Below are positions 15,407-29,198 of a stretch of 64,000 nt of DNA, one piece after another. The first letter of the stretch is position 1, and each line of letters begins with the position of its first letter. Below the pieces are notes generated by a model. The model worked only from the letters and a program-made list of their open reading frames with translations. It did not search any database and was not told where the DNA came from. The DNA comes from the human T2T-CHM13v2.0 reference genome, Homo sapiens, in the NCBI RefSeq assembly GCF_009914755.1, contig NC_060944.1; one strand, written 5' to 3'. Both the position numbers and the translations under genes were made by a program.

Positions 15407-15653
15407 GCAGAGCTTTCCGATCTTTTGACAGCAGCTCACAAGAAGAAATACAGTTGACATAGCGACCCAGTACCTGTGCACACCACGTACACACACACGT
15501 GAAAGTTACAGGAAACCATACCTTCCTCCGTGCAATGTACTCTGTTATTTTCTGTTGGTTCTATTTCCTTTCCTTTAAAAAATGACAGTTGCCACTTTTC
15601 AACTTGACTTCATAAGTCACTTAAGGGGTCACAGCTCACAGTTTGAAAATCAG
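15407..15653 (-). mobile_element. hAT-Charlie element (MER112-like)
   Basis: 'gcgacccagtac...tgcaatgtactctgttattttc...cacagtttgaaaatcag'. Confidence 0.6.
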
Positions 15654-15929
15654 CAGGTCCAAAGCCTGCAATTTACACATGGGGAAATGGAGGGAGACCC
15701 AAGCTGGGCCAATGACCTTGCTAAGGTCACATGGGAAGTTAGTAGAAGAGCCAGGCAAAGGAGCTTCTACTTCCAGTGGAACTTTCTTCCAGTGTAGACA
15801 TCTGGAGATCTGGGAATCTAAGGATAGTAGAGAACCTTGGAATGCTGGAATTCCAGCATCATGGACAGTGATTTTGCCGTGGATGGCCCCTCTGTTCCAT
15901 CAAGTGCTCACTCCTCCCCCGCCAAGCTG

Positions 15930-16150
15930 CCCTCTATCCTGGCACGCTGCCTGATTTTCTTCATAATGTTTATTGCTCTCCGACAACATCTAATTAGTTT
16001 GTTTCCAGGGTGTCTGTCCCACCCACCCGTACCACAAAATGCAATCTGCATGAGAGCAAGGACTTGTCTGCATTGTGCTCTGCTGTGTCCCGACACTCAA
16101 AAAGGCATCTGGCACATAGTAGATGCTCAATAAATATTTGTTAAATAACT
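15930..16150 (+). mobile_element. L2 3' end
   Basis: Ends 'ctggcacatagtagatgctcaataaatatttgtt'. Confidence 0.85.
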
Positions 16151-16439
16151 ACAAGAATAAATGGAGCAGCTGGTAGCTGGCATCCAGGTTTTGATGAAGG
16201 CACCTCTCAGACCACATCCAACCACAATTTATTAACAAGCAGAGGAAAACAGCTCCACAAGCCAGTCTGGAAGCTCCTGGACTGCCAGATCTCAGGCCCA
16301 ACTGAGACTCAGAAAATGCTTTGCTTAAGAGGCTCCCTGGGGCAAAGGCCACAGTATTGCAGCAGTAGAATTTGTCCAGCATCCATGGTGGTCAGGACTT
16401 GGGCCTTTTAGGGATCAAACCCAGGGTGCCATCCCCTAG

Positions 16440-16650
16440 AGCAACTCTGGCCAATAGCACTCTCTATGGTAATGGAATGTTCTACTCTGTGCTGTGCCAT
16501 GTGGTAGTCACCAGCCACATGTGCCAATGGAGCCCTTGAAATGCCGCTAGTGTGACTGAGGAGCTGAAGTATCCATTGAATTTTAGTTAATTGAAATTGA
16601 AGTCAAGATAACCACAGTGTGACTTGTGGCTACACATGAGACGGTGCAGC
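16440..16650 (+). mobile_element. MER3 (hAT-Charlie)
   Basis: 'ccaatagcactctc...ggtagtcaccagccacatgtg...ttgaaatg...tagtgtgactgaggagctgaa'. Confidence 0.8.
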
Positions 16651-17029
16651 CCTAGATTCTTAAACCCTGCGGCTCCTGCAAGGGCCGGGAGCAGCTCTGA
16701 CACATTCCCCCAGCCACTTATCTTGGAAAGCACTGCTGCCACTGAAAACGACGCATGTCTCACGTCCACTTTGCCAAGCATCAGTCCTGACTTCCGCCCG
16801 TGACCACTTATGTCGAAAGTTCCTTGGGCCAGTTAGTGAAGCCTCTGGGGTTGACCTGGCATAAAGCTAGTGGTGCCATTGAAGATGCCACCTCTGGAGC
16901 GTGATCTTTTTGACAATCACCTCCAGAGAACGCATTCCTGATTAGAAAAACTGGCCGCCGCCAAAGTGGACATTGCAATGAACTAATACATGGATGTCCC
17001 CCTATCTATGCAGAAGTAGCAGAAACATG

Positions 17030-17330
17030 AAATAAATTAATATGTAATTACAGTTGCAGTGGGTTGCGAAGGATGCTGGCAGCGTGAATAACAGGACAGG
17101 GTTGAGGTCAAACCCACCTTCCCTGAGCAAGTGATTTTTAACTGGAGAGTTGTCCTCTGCAGAGGGGAAAGCCAAGAGCAGGGAAATGAAGGGAAGCATT
17201 CCAGGCACAAGTAGCTGCAGGCACAGAGATCCTGGGGTGAGCTTGGTATCTGAGGAGCAGAACAAAGACCAACGTGGAAAACCAGGAAAACCAGCGAGGG
17301 GCCAGAACTTTCTGGCTATTCTGTCACAAC
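17030..17330 (-). mobile_element. L2 fragment
   Basis: 'gggaagcattccaggcacaag...' reverse L2. Confidence 0.6.
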
Positions 17331-18249
17331 AAGGATTTGGGATATTTTTCTCCCACCGCATTCTCTCATCCTTTCCCTGGGATGCTGGCAGGTACTGGGT
17401 TAAGCAAAGCTCCGTGGAAGCCAGAGAAGCCAGCTGATATAAAACCTTTGTATATGCTGTCTGCTATAGGATCCAATTTAGTATTGATATTCCCGTTTTA
17501 AAAAATAATAATTTCCATTAGATTGAGACCAGAATGCCCCGTGAAGCCCAGTGTGGTTTGCCAATTGATTCACAGAATGAAATCTTATCTAAAATCTTTT
17601 TATTTTATGCTATTAGGGACGCAGGAGGGAGCAGCCAAGGAAAAAAAATCTCCCTGCTTGGTTAATGCACAGGGTCAGCTGGAAGTGGCCCTAGGGCCGT
17701 CTTAAAAAGACTGTCATTTGCGATTTCCCACTCTTTTGTTTCACATTACCAGTAATTGACATTTTTTTTCTTCCCTTCAAGTGGAGTTAATGGATTGACA
17801 TCTTCTTGTTAGCACCTTGGATCTTTATTGAGGACTCCTTCCTGGGGCTGGCATCACCCCCGAGTGCCCTTGGGAGGCCTGGGGTGGTCCGTGTGGTTTG
17901 CCCACATTTCTCTTGGCGGCCCTTGGCAGCAGGCGGTGGGAGGGAGGTTGAGGGAAGGAGGGGGTGTGTCCCCCACCCCCAAGTCCACAGGCCACACGGC
18001 TCTGAACCTTTGGAATGGCATCTCTCACGCTGAACATACGATGACCCAGGAAAGGGCAGCCTTGAAGGGTTGCCTGCAGGAGGCCAGCCTTGTGCAGATG
18101 CGAAACTGGGCAAAGAGAGGAAAACTGTCAGCTTCGCGTAGGCGAGAAAAAAAGATGATTTTTCCCTTTCACCCCCCATTTTATTTTCCTGTAAAGATAA
18201 TAAAAAGCTTTGACTTCCATTATACAAGTGACAGACTCTCACTAGAGAA

Positions 18250-18650
18250 AGCACAGCCGGCCACTGCCCCTGGCTCTGCTCCAGCCACAACGGCCCCTAG
18301 CTGTTTTCTGTGCACCCTTCATTTGCTGTTCCCCTTGCCTGAAACCTTCTTCCCCCAAACATTCTCACTCTCTCCTCTCCTCCCAATCTTTGCTCGAGCA
18401 TCTTTTTCTCAGTAAGGCCTTCCCCACCCACACCTGCACCTGCAACCTGGCACTTCCTGTCTCCTGCCCGGCTTGATTTTGTTCTCCTAAGCACACATCA
18501 ACCCCAGCCTGATGTATATTTCACTTAGTTAGATGTTCATCATCTGTCTCCACCTGCCAATTCGTTTTGCATTTTATAATTCACTGTTTTATCTTCAGTG
18601 AATAAAATAGCATCTGGAACATAGTAGATGCTCAATAAAAAATTCAATGA
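18250..18650 (+). mobile_element. L2 3' region
   Basis: Ends 'ctggaacatagtagatgctcaataaa'. Confidence 0.8.
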
Positions 18651-19617
18651 CTAGAAGAAGAGGGCAGAAAAAAAATCACTCCCACTTCTTCATATTCAGC
18701 CTTTGGTAGTATTTGGTGCATTTGCTTCTTATCTTTTTCTATATATAGGCTTCCGTTTTTATTTCTACAGTGGAGTTCCCCATACACTGGGTTAGGCTAT
18801 AAAGATAAATGCCTATGGAGAAAGCTGCAAAAATGCCCATGAAAACCTCTTATATTGCTCTTGAATGGTTTTGTCTGTACATAGAGTAGTTGGTTTGCAT
18901 TTGGGAGGTATGTAGCATGGAAATTACATGTCTCGAAACACCAGAGTTGTTTGGCAGAAAGAGATGCTCTCAGGAGAGGTAGGACTCCGTGAAGGCCTCC
19001 AGATTCACACCACCCACTTCACACTCAACAAGTGACAAATAGTCATTAAACTAGAGGAACTGCCTGCACTGTTTAAGTGATTTTTTTTCTCTCTTGTTTC
19101 TTTTTAAAAACGAATATAGCTGAATTTATACATGTGTAATGTGCACAGAGGCAACTTTCCTATACGCAGCTCCAATCATACCTGTGAAAATAATTTTAAT
19201 CCTGCATAATTATATTGTACTCATTTTCTACATCACTCTAAACACTTCATAAATATCTCTAACAGCTGCATTATCTGCCATCAGGGCATCCTTTCATCTA
19301 CTCAGCCCATCCCCTATTCTCCTACATTGAGGTTGTTTCCAATTTTTCACAATAATAAATAACACAGAAGAAACATCATGCCCAATACTCTACTGGATTT
19401 CAGATTCCTTATTTGGGTCAAAATCAGGGAGATTTATGCAAGTGGGAGCCCAGGGAATCAGTGTCAGATTAGCAAAGTGAGTAATTGCTAGGAAGATAGT
19501 TTTGTCTTGAAAGTGAGGTCAGAGTGCAGCTGGGTGGGCTGGCGTGCACCTGCCCTCTAGTTTAGGCCAGCATTCCAGGGAGAAAGGACTCCAGAGCACA
19601 CTGGAAGAGAAGCAACC

Positions 19618-19634
19618 TGACCACTAGGGGGAGC
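19618..19634 (+). promoter_or_regulatory. CTCF motif candidate
   Basis: TGACCACTAGGGGGAGC, near-consensus core in non-repeat sequence. Confidence 0.6.
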
Positions 19635-19789
19635 CAAGTGGGAGTCTGGGTTAAAGAGAGATGGTATTAACCAAGATATAAATTGGAGCAGATAAGGAGG
19701 ATAATTAGGAACAGCATTAAAAATAATAGCATCAACATACATCATCAACATATGCTATTATTTTACAACCCTCGGCCCAAGGTTATGGC

Positions 19790-19990
19790 TCCGTGTCTGT
19801 AAAGTACCAGGCATTGTACCAGTACTATATGACCCTCATCTCTAAGCCTTTAGCAACCTTACAAGGGACAAATCACTATCCTTCCCTATTCTTGTTGCAG
19901 AAGTGGAAATTGAGGCTCAGAGAGGCTAACTGATTCACCTAGCATCACACGCAGAGCCAACATTCTAACTCAGGATATCAGACATCAAGC
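19790..19990 (-). mobile_element. MIR
   Basis: 'gcagaagtggaaattgaggctcagagaggctaactga'. Confidence 0.75.
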
Positions 19991-20219
19991 CTCATTTCTA
20001 TTTCTATATCCTTTAAAAATCAAAATGCAGGTCAAAAAGATCCAAGGCTATGGCCAGGAAGACACAGCATTGTCTAGAGGACAAGAACGTGATGGTTAGA
20101 TGAGAGTAAATGATATGAAATGCTGAGAGGTGACACGGACATGGAGGCCTCCATTCATTTGGCCAAGAGTGGTAGACTTGATGGCGTGGTCACTGCCAGG
20201 TGTGACCATGGCATGGGGT

Positions 20220-20628
20220 CTTGTGCCAATGCCTTCCTTCCACCTCCTCACTTTTCCCCACCCTGCTTTCTGCCCAAGAGGCTCACCTGCATGGACTCCA
20301 CCAACAGGCTCCCATGGGTGGGTGTGCTCTGGTTGCGTTTGGCCGATAGTGACCTTTAGCAGGATGGGAGGAGATACGATGCAAAGTAGAAATTTATTCC
20401 CTGTCCCTGGCCTGCAGAGCTACCTGTGATGGCTGCCTCCCTCAGCCCAAGTCATGGCTCTGTGAGGTGGCCCCCTCCACGTGGCTGTCATTCCAGGAGC
20501 ACCTCTGTGTCAGAGGCACCGTCCCCATGGCTTTCCTCCACCCTGCCCATACTTTGTAAATAGAAAATCCCTTCCAGTGACTCTGTTTAGCTGTGTCCCC
20601 ATATCTTCCTCAGATCCTGACTGATAGA
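20220..20628 (+). mobile_element. ERVL LTR (LTR33-like)
   Basis: 'ccctgctttctgcccaagaggctcacctgcatggactcca...atcctgactgata'. Confidence 0.6.
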
Positions 20629-20674
20629 GACCCCCATTCATGCACATTTACTCTGTCCTCAGTTTTCTAAGGTG

Positions 20675-21030
20675 AGACTGCAAACCGGTGGCCCTGTTGG
20701 TTGAATTAGGCCATCACACATGCCTCGTGGTCTGTGCAGTGCTTAAAAATCCTTTCAAATTAGTTTGCAACCTTTAACCATTGGGAGAGTTAATGCAAAA
20801 AATTCTAAAATTTTGGCTTTGCTGGAAAACAAAGCAAAACAAACAAACAAAAAATGGTGGGGGCTCCCTGGCCACACGGGGCTTGCCTTCTTCTCTCAGG
20901 ATCACTTTTAACCACTTGGGAAGAGCTTTGCAGCCTTCGAGGCCTTTTCAGGTACCCCCTCCCATCGACTCCTCTTCCTCATTGACGTTACCTGCCCAGC
21001 CCTGGTAAACATGGAGTTTATGACAGCCTC
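20675..21030 (+). mobile_element. MER102-like hAT element
   Basis: 'tgcaaaccggtggccc...aattagtttgcaacc...ggagtttatgacagcct'. Confidence 0.55.
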
Positions 21031-22002
21031 TCAAGCCTTCCAGATGTGGCCTCACCAGCCTTTATGGGGCTGCTTGTGAGAGAAACCAGAACTAGGAGTG
21101 GGTTCTCGGGCTGGGGCACAGCTCAGAGGGCAGTCAGTACCGAGGAAATGGAGATGCAGAGATGGCCATGAGCTTGGCGGCTGCACTGAGCTGGGGCAGC
21201 AAGGTCGCCGTTATATAGATCAGCCTGGGGAGAGAGAGACTGTGCTTTGATCGTGGGCAAGGTTAGTTAGATTTGGGAATAGCAGCCTCTGTAATTAGCC
21301 CCTGGTAAAGAGCTGAGAGGCAATATGAGAGCGTGTCCAAGAGTCCATCTCTGCGATATTGAGTTCAGATGGAACCAAGGAATTAGAAGGCTCTGGATAA
21401 AATGACCACCTCTGCCCTCCTCTCTGGGCTTTCCTCTAGAGCTCTGGGGGCAGGTAAGCGTGAGAGCATGCCCTTGACCTTCTAATGAGATGATGCTGCA
21501 AATTTCCTCCCAATTGGCTTATCAAGTTTACCAGCTCCCACTCACCCAGTGCAAGCTTTGGCCCAGAGAGAGCTCCCTTCATTGTCAACATGCCAAGAAA
21601 GCATTCTGAATGGTTCCCAACACACACGCAAATCCCAGCACAAGAGAGACGTGGAGGGCACATGGAGGAAGACAGTTTGAGGTCCTAGGATCTGTGGTCA
21701 GACTGGGAGCTGCACTGCAGGACAGGCCTCCAAAGTTGGTCACAGAGCCCCTGAGTTGGTATCCATGATCTTCTCTCTTGGAAAACTTAGAGAGAGTTCA
21801 GTTTTGCAAGCACCTGAAGGATGCTTCAGCCTTGGAGTCTGCAATACAGTAGGGTGGTCACTGTCATCAACATCAGCTGTGGGAGCCTGACAGACTTCAA
21901 ACTCATCCTCGTTCCTCAAAGCCAGTGCCTTTAGCAATGTCATTAACCTGTGTGGGCTATTTCACTATCTGTAAAGCGGACGGTGGTCACAGCCACTAAG
22001 TC

Positions 22003-22135
22003 CTTGCTGCTCAGAGTGTGGCCTAGGGCCAGGAGCATCAGCATCCCCTGAGAACTTGTAGAACCACAGAATCTCGAACCCAGCCCCAGCCTCACTGATT
22101 CAGAATCTGTTTTCACAGGCTCTCCAGGTGGTTTT
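22003..22135 (+). mobile_element. MER5A-like hAT element
   Basis: 'ctcagagtgtgg...agcatcagcatcccctgagaacttg...gattcagaatctg'. Confidence 0.75.
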
Positions 22136-22189
22136 GATCAAACTCGTAGGGCTTTTGGGAGGAGTATATGCAGTTCAATAATGCAACAG

Positions 22190-22493
22190 TTTTGTTTGTT
22201 TGTTTGTTTGTTTGTTTTAGATAGGGTCTGGCTCTGTCACCCAGGCTGGAGTTCAGTGGCGTGATCTCACTACAACCTCCACCTCCCGGACTAAAGGGAT
22301 CTTCTCACCTCAGCCTCCTGAGTAGCTGGGACTACAGGTGTGTGCACCACCATGCCTGGCTAATTTTTGTATTTTTTGTAGAGATGGGGTTTCACCATGT
22401 TGCCCAGACTGGTCTTGAACTCCTGAGCTCAAGCAATTCGCTGCCTTGGCCTCCCAATGTTGGGATTATAGCTGTGAGCCACCATGCCCAGCC
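22190..22493 (-). mobile_element. AluJ with (TTTG)n tail
   Basis: Reverse Alu with J-type diagnostics; TSD-like AATGCAACA / AATCCAACA. Confidence 0.93.
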
Positions 22494-22494
22494 A

Positions 22495-23345
22495 ATCCAA
22501 CACATATTTCTTGAGCACTTACTATGTGCCAGGCTTGGTTGCAAATGCTGGGAGTACAGCACTGAACATGGCAGATGAATCCCAGCCCTCAAGGAATTTA
22601 CTTTCTAATGGGGTGTATTAGTCCATCCTCATGCTGCTAATAAAGACATACCCAAGACTGGGTAATTTATAAAGGAAAGAGGTTTAATGGACTCACAGTT
22701 CCACATGACTAGGGAGGCCTCACAATCATGGCGGAAGATGAAGGAAAAGCAAAAGGACTTTTTACATGGTGGTGGGCAAGAGAGCATGTGCAGGGAACGC
22801 CCCTTGGTAAAACCATCACATCTCACGAGACTTAATTACTATCACAAGAACAGCACAGGAAAGACCCGCCCCCATGATTCAATCACCTCCCACTGGGTCC
22901 CTCCCACAACACATAGGAATTGTGGGAGCTACAGTTCAAGATGAGCCAAACCATATCATAGGGAGAGACAGACAAACAAGAGACAGACAAACGGACAAGA
23001 TGAAAATATAAAATACAGGAAATGGGGGATGGTGCTCAGTGGGAAGGAGAAAAATAAAGCAGTGCTTCCAGGTGGGACCCGGCAGGGAGAAGGACTATAA
23101 TGGCAAGTAGAATGACAAGAAGGTGACATTTGAACAGTCACCTGAGGAAGGTGAGGAAAAGTATATTCCAGGTGACCAGAACAGCACAGACGAAGTCCCT
23201 GCAGCAGAAGTATGCCTGCTGTGTTGGAAAGATCTGTCAGGATGTCAGTGTGGCTGGAATAAAGTGAGTCAGCAGAAGTGCTGGAAGGTGAGGTCAGGGA
23301 GAAGTAAGAGCAAGGGCGGATGATGCACAGCTTTAGAAGCTGCTG
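22495..23345 (-). mobile_element. L2 interrupted by a THE1 LTR
   Basis: 'ttgagcacttactatgtgccagg' before the LTR and 'aggtgacatttgaacag' after it. Confidence 0.8.
22614..22958 (-). mobile_element. THE1 (B/C-like) solo LTR with a short deletion near one end
   Basis: TGTATTAGTCC...CCATATCA; TSD TGGGG/TAGGG. Confidence 0.92.
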
Positions 23346-24183
23346 AGGGTCCTGGCTTGTCCTCCAGTTCCTGATGCCCAGGAATGGGCAGGGACCCACT
23401 GGAGAGGGGCTGGAAGCAGTGGCTGGCACGTGGTAAGTTCAGGGACCAGCATTATTGTAATCGTTGCTGTTATCCAAAGCTGATAGAAACAGGTTGGACT
23501 CACCCTTGAGGTTTCAGCTTAGGTGTCCCTTCTCCAGGATTGCTGACACCCCAGGCTGGAGGGGGTGCAGACCTGAGAGCACCTCAGCCTTCTGAAAGCT
23601 CCTGGGTGAGGCTGGGATGGGGAGCTGGCCAGCCCTATTCACGATCGTATCTCAGAGCACAACACTGTACTTGGCATCTAGTAGTTGCTCAATAAATACC
23701 TGTCAATTAGAGGAATGAATACATACAAAGACTTGGGGGTGTCGGGTGGGGGACGTGCTCAGGAAAGGTGGGGAAGTGGCTGGGAGGAGTGACAGGAGTA
23801 TTGTTAGAAGTAAACACCTGAGCTTTGTCCATTCAAGGTGCCCTCTGGAGCCTGACGCCCAGGAACGAACAGGGTCAGGGTGTTGGTCGTCTCTGATCAC
23901 ACTGCTGGGTAAGGTAACCCAGAGGCCACCAGGACTCTGTGCCAAGAAACCCTGGGCCTTTGTGCTGAACTTGGCAGGCTTCTTGTCCTCCTCTGGCTCA
24001 TTTCAGGGCCACCCCATGCTTTAGCCCAGGCTCCACCATGAAACTTTCTCCCCCACGGAAATGCTTGGGCACTGCTGGTAAAAGGATGGCCCCTCAGGAG
24101 AGCCACCAGGCAGCACTCAGAGAAAGTGACAATGCACAGGCTCTCAACAGGCAGCCCACCCTCTGGGGCAGGGCCCAGAGCAG

Positions 24184-24373
24184 CAGTTCTCAACCTTGGT
24201 GATCTTGCACCCCTAGGGACACATGGCAATGCTTGGGGACATTTTTGTTTGTCACAGCTGGGAAGGAGGTGCTACTGGCATCCAGTGGGTGGAAGCTCAG
24301 GGTGCTGCTAAACATTGTCCAATGCACGGGACAGCTCCACAGTGAGAATTATCCGGTCCACAGCGTCAACAGT
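24184..24373 (+). mobile_element. MER20
   Basis: 'cagttctcaacc...ctactggcatccagtggg...gaattatccggtcc'. Confidence 0.85.
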
Positions 24374-24425
24374 CATTATCCCTTAAGGAGCCTTTTAAGA
24401 TTTTTTTTTTCTAATTCCCCCTTTA

Positions 24426-24806
<381 letters not shown>

Positions 24807-24817
24807 GTAAGATTTTT

Positions 24818-25262
24818 AAGTGTCCATTGATGGATATGAATAGTATGAATAGATAAACAGAATGTGCTATTGTACATAGTGTGGAATATTATTCAGCCTT
24901 AAGAAGGAAGGAAATTGTGGCACATGCTACAACATGGATGCATCCCGAGGACACTATACTAAGTGAAATTAGCCAGTCCCCAAAAGACAAATATTGTGTG
25001 ATTCTACAGTATTTGTAGAATATTGTATGATGTACCTAGCGTAGTCAGAATTCTAGAGATAGAAAGTAGAGTGGTGGTTGCCAGCGTCTGGGAGGGCGGG
25101 GAATGTGGAGTTAGTGTTTGATGGGTAGAAAAGACTTCTGTGGATGGACAGTGGTGACAGTTGCACAAGAATGTGAATGTACTCAATGCCACTGAGCTGC
25201 ACATTTTAAAATGGCTAAAATGGTCAATTTTATTTTATGTGTATTCTGCCACAATTTTAAAC
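24818..25262 (+). mobile_element. L1MB 3' end
   Basis: 'aagtgtccattgatggat...ggaatattattcagccttaagaaggaagg...aaaatggtcaatttta'. Confidence 0.9.
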
Positions 25263-25575
25263 AAAGAGTATTCCGACGCGTTAAGAATCAGTTCTCGCCC
25301 GCCAGGGGGCTGTATCACCCCCATTGAGAATTCACAGCCTAGAGATCCTTGCATAGGACCTACAGGTGTGGATGTTCATCGCAACATGGTTGGGGGTGGT
25401 GAGAGCTGCAGGCACCCTGGGAGTCCCTCCCTTTGATGGTGGGAGAAGTTCTTAGGAAGAATGGGCCCACCTGGACACCGCAGGTGGAAAAGCTGGCGGA
25501 GAGATGCTCTTGCTCATTGCTCAGAGGCATCGTGACCGCCCCACACTCATACTCTGCAGGTTTTTGGAAAATCCA

Positions 25576-26373
25576 GGCTGGGCGCGATGGTTCACACCTG
25601 TAACCCCAGCACTTTAGGGGGCTGAGGCAGGAGGATCGCTTGAGGCCAAGAGTTTGAGACCAGCCTGGACAATACGGTGATACCCCATCTCTACAAAAAA
25701 GAGAATTAAACAGACATGGTAGCATGCACCTGTAGCCCCAGCTACTCAGAAGGCTGAGGTGGGAGGATCACTCGAGCCCAGATGTTCCAGGCTGCAGTGA
25801 GAACCCCTGCATTCCAGCCTGGGGGCTGGAGCGTTATAGTAGGTAGCTGGTCAGGTATGAGCAGGGCAGGAGAGGATCCTCCTCAACACACACCAGGAGT
25901 GTCACGCAACCATCAGGTGACGGTCAGGCAGTTGTTAACTGGCTTTCTAAAGTAATAATTGGCCACAGCTGGCATGAGGGAAAGGCAGTCCCTTAATAGA
26001 TAGAAAACACCTGAAATGGGTGGCCAGAGGCTTCCCAATAAGATCTCAGGAGTGGTGAGAAGGAACGCAGGACCCCTGAGGCTTGCCACCATATCAAACC
26101 CCAAGTCAAGAGGTCAGGTCGCACACTTGGTCTCTCGAGTTGCCCGCTTGGCCCTCTTCCAAGTGCACTTCCCTTTCTTTCATTCCTGCTCTGAGGCTTT
26201 TTAATAAACTTTCACTCCTGCTCTAAAACTTGCCTCAGTCGCTCCTTCTGCCTTCTGCGCCTCGGTCGAATTCTGTCTTCTGAGGAGGCAAGAACTGAGG
26301 TTGCTGCAGACCCGTACAGATAACTACTACTGCTAACAAGAGTGAGACCCCATCTCAAAACACAAAAACAAAC
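25576..26373 (+). mobile_element. AluJ split by an ERV1 LTR
   Basis: Alu body to 25831 resumes as 'agagtgagaccccatctcaaaa' at 26339. Confidence 0.9.
25832..26338 (+). mobile_element. ERV1 solo LTR (MER50-like)
   Basis: '(c)gttatagtaggtagctggtcagg...gcagggcaggagagg...AATAAA...tgctaaca'; 4-bp TSD GGAG/AGAG. Confidence 0.8.
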
Positions 26374-27120
26374 CCATACACGGCCAAATTAGCTTCCTCA
26401 TCTCCTCTAGTCAACAACTCAAACTGAATTTTTCAAACTGACCTCTTTGCTCTCAAAATTCTGTTTTTGCCTTTGTTGCTTGAAACAATCTAGGAACATG
26501 AGTCTTCTTCATGTCAGAGCTAAACAGCATGCAGATAACTAGCTAAATGTTTCAGAGTCATTCTTTGACCATAAGTAAAATGTGCCAGGTGTGCACTAAG
26601 CATCTTATGGGATGGTTACAAGCAGTGCCCCAGATGTGTGCACAGCAGTACAGAGAGGTCTTGACAACACAGCTCAATGCCATTTTACATAAGGTAAAAT
26701 AGATGCACACAAAGCAATTATAGGTATTTTGCAAACTGCCTACAAACAAAAGGATAACTCAAGCGTGCCAGGGGGAAGCAGGTGAATGGGGAATGGAGAT
26801 TAGAGGAACTAAATAGATTTATAAACACGAGCACAGCTGTGGGTTGCTCCCAAGATGAAAAACAAAACAAACACACACACATAAACAAAAGAGGGAGTCT
26901 ATCACATAATGTGGCACACTTAAAACACACACACATACAAAAATGCTCGCATATGTTATCCCGAATCATACAAAATAAAAGAAAAAGAAGACACATCTGG
27001 GCAGCTGACAGTGGCAGGAGTTGGAAGCAAAGGATGGAATAAAATAGAATTAACACATGAATGAACAAATCAACCAAGGGTTAGAGCTTGTCTGAACCAA
27101 TTATGACAATATGTCATTGA

Positions 27121-27423
<303 letters not shown>

Positions 27424-27849
27424 GACAGAGGAATTTGACTAACCCTACCTTCATTCCCCAAGGTCCATAAAGTGCCCAAATAGCCATATAAAGCACCATT
27501 GCAGATTCACCTGCGTTAGTTAAGACCTGTTAGTTACAACCAACTGATACCCACCACATTGCCTGAAACCCCTACAGGGCCACTTTCTTATAAAGAAGGC
27601 GTGGGGTGTCCTGGAGCCCTGAGGCTGCGAGGCCAGTTGGCTTTATGCCAGCTTGACTCAGAGGGCACCTATCTCTGTGGCTTCTCTCAGTCTTCCTCTC
27701 TGGGTCTCTGCTCTCTTCCCTCCATCTTCGGACCCACTTTCTCTGCTTTTACTCACAGAATAATAGCCATCCTTTCTTGTGCTATTTATTTGCAAATAAA
27801 TGCTACCATTTATTTGCCAGAATAAGTTAAAGCTTTATTCGTTGGCTTG

Positions 27850-28240
27850 GAGACATTTCTATGAGATATTTTTGAATAAGAAAAAAGAATAGAATGTAGA
27901 AAAGAGTGTAAAATAGAATCCCATTTTTATAAAACAAAGACTGATGGAAAAATCCCAATTAATTCGCGTATATTTGTGAGTCTATACATATGTATCACAT
28001 AAAAACACAGATGCAAATATAAGCACAAATAAAAATAGTTTGAAAGAACACATGCTGGGTTGTTAACCTGGGTCTCTAGCACTGGGCCACAGGGATAATG
28101 TAGATAAAAGAGTGAGGAAATAGGAATAAGGGAATAAGGAATGCACATCATTACATGTATTCCTTCATGTAAAATTATGTATAAAGAGATTATGCAAAAG
28201 ATTGAGAGAGAGAGAGAAACATAAAAGTGAAGTGAGACCA
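27850..28240 (+). mobile_element. Old L1ME-type fragment
   Basis: A-rich; 'aatcccatttttataaaac...gggttgttaac' L1ME-like. Confidence 0.45.
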
Positions 28241-28648
28241 AGATTCAAATCTTTACGTCACATTCCATATTCCCAGGGAAGGACTCTGATTGGTCCACTT
28301 TGGACCAATCAACTGTGACCAGGAAGCATAGTCATTGGATATAAGTATTAATATATCTGTTCCCACTTCATCTGTGCAGCTAGGGGAGGAGGAGAAAAGT
28401 CCAGAAACCTGGGGGGTGGGGGAATTAGTCACATGAAGTAACAGTTTCCACTAGTTTTTGCTTTTTTCTCTGCATTCCTGGAAACCTTAAAAAGAAGGAT
28501 TGGAGAAGGAAGGGGGCATAAAACAAGTAAGATCTCAGGGAAGCTTAGAAACTAAGCCAGTGAATGAGGTGGGGACAGTACACACAAAGGTTCTGTGACA
28601 AGGCCGAGCCTGGAACCATCAGGGGTCTTTAAGTAATTCCAGGTGGCT

Positions 28649-28693
28649 GGAGAAATACTGAGAGATGGGAGGAGAAAATACTGAGAGATGGGA
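28649..28693. repeat. 22/23-bp tandem duplication
   Basis: GGAGAAATACTGAGAGATGGGA followed by GGAGAAAATACTGAGAGATGGGA. Confidence 0.9.
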
Positions 28694-28840
28694 TGGAAAC
28701 AGAATCAAGCCAACCATGAAGGACCCTGGGCATCCCTGGTGAGTGACGGGTTCAACAAGTTTATGGGCAGGTCAAGATGGTCTTACAAGCCATCAGAAAG
28801 ACTCCGCTTTTCCTGGAATGAGATGGAAGCCACTGGAGGG

Positions 28841-29198
<358 letters not shown>

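Noticed and set aside
16892-16928. Iron-responsive element (bulged C plus 5-bp upper stem)
   Set aside because: The loop is CUUUUUGACA rather than CAGUGN.
17787-18415. 195-aa and 167-aa ORFs
   Set aside because: Run into L2 sequence, mostly non-ATG starts, no protein-like features.
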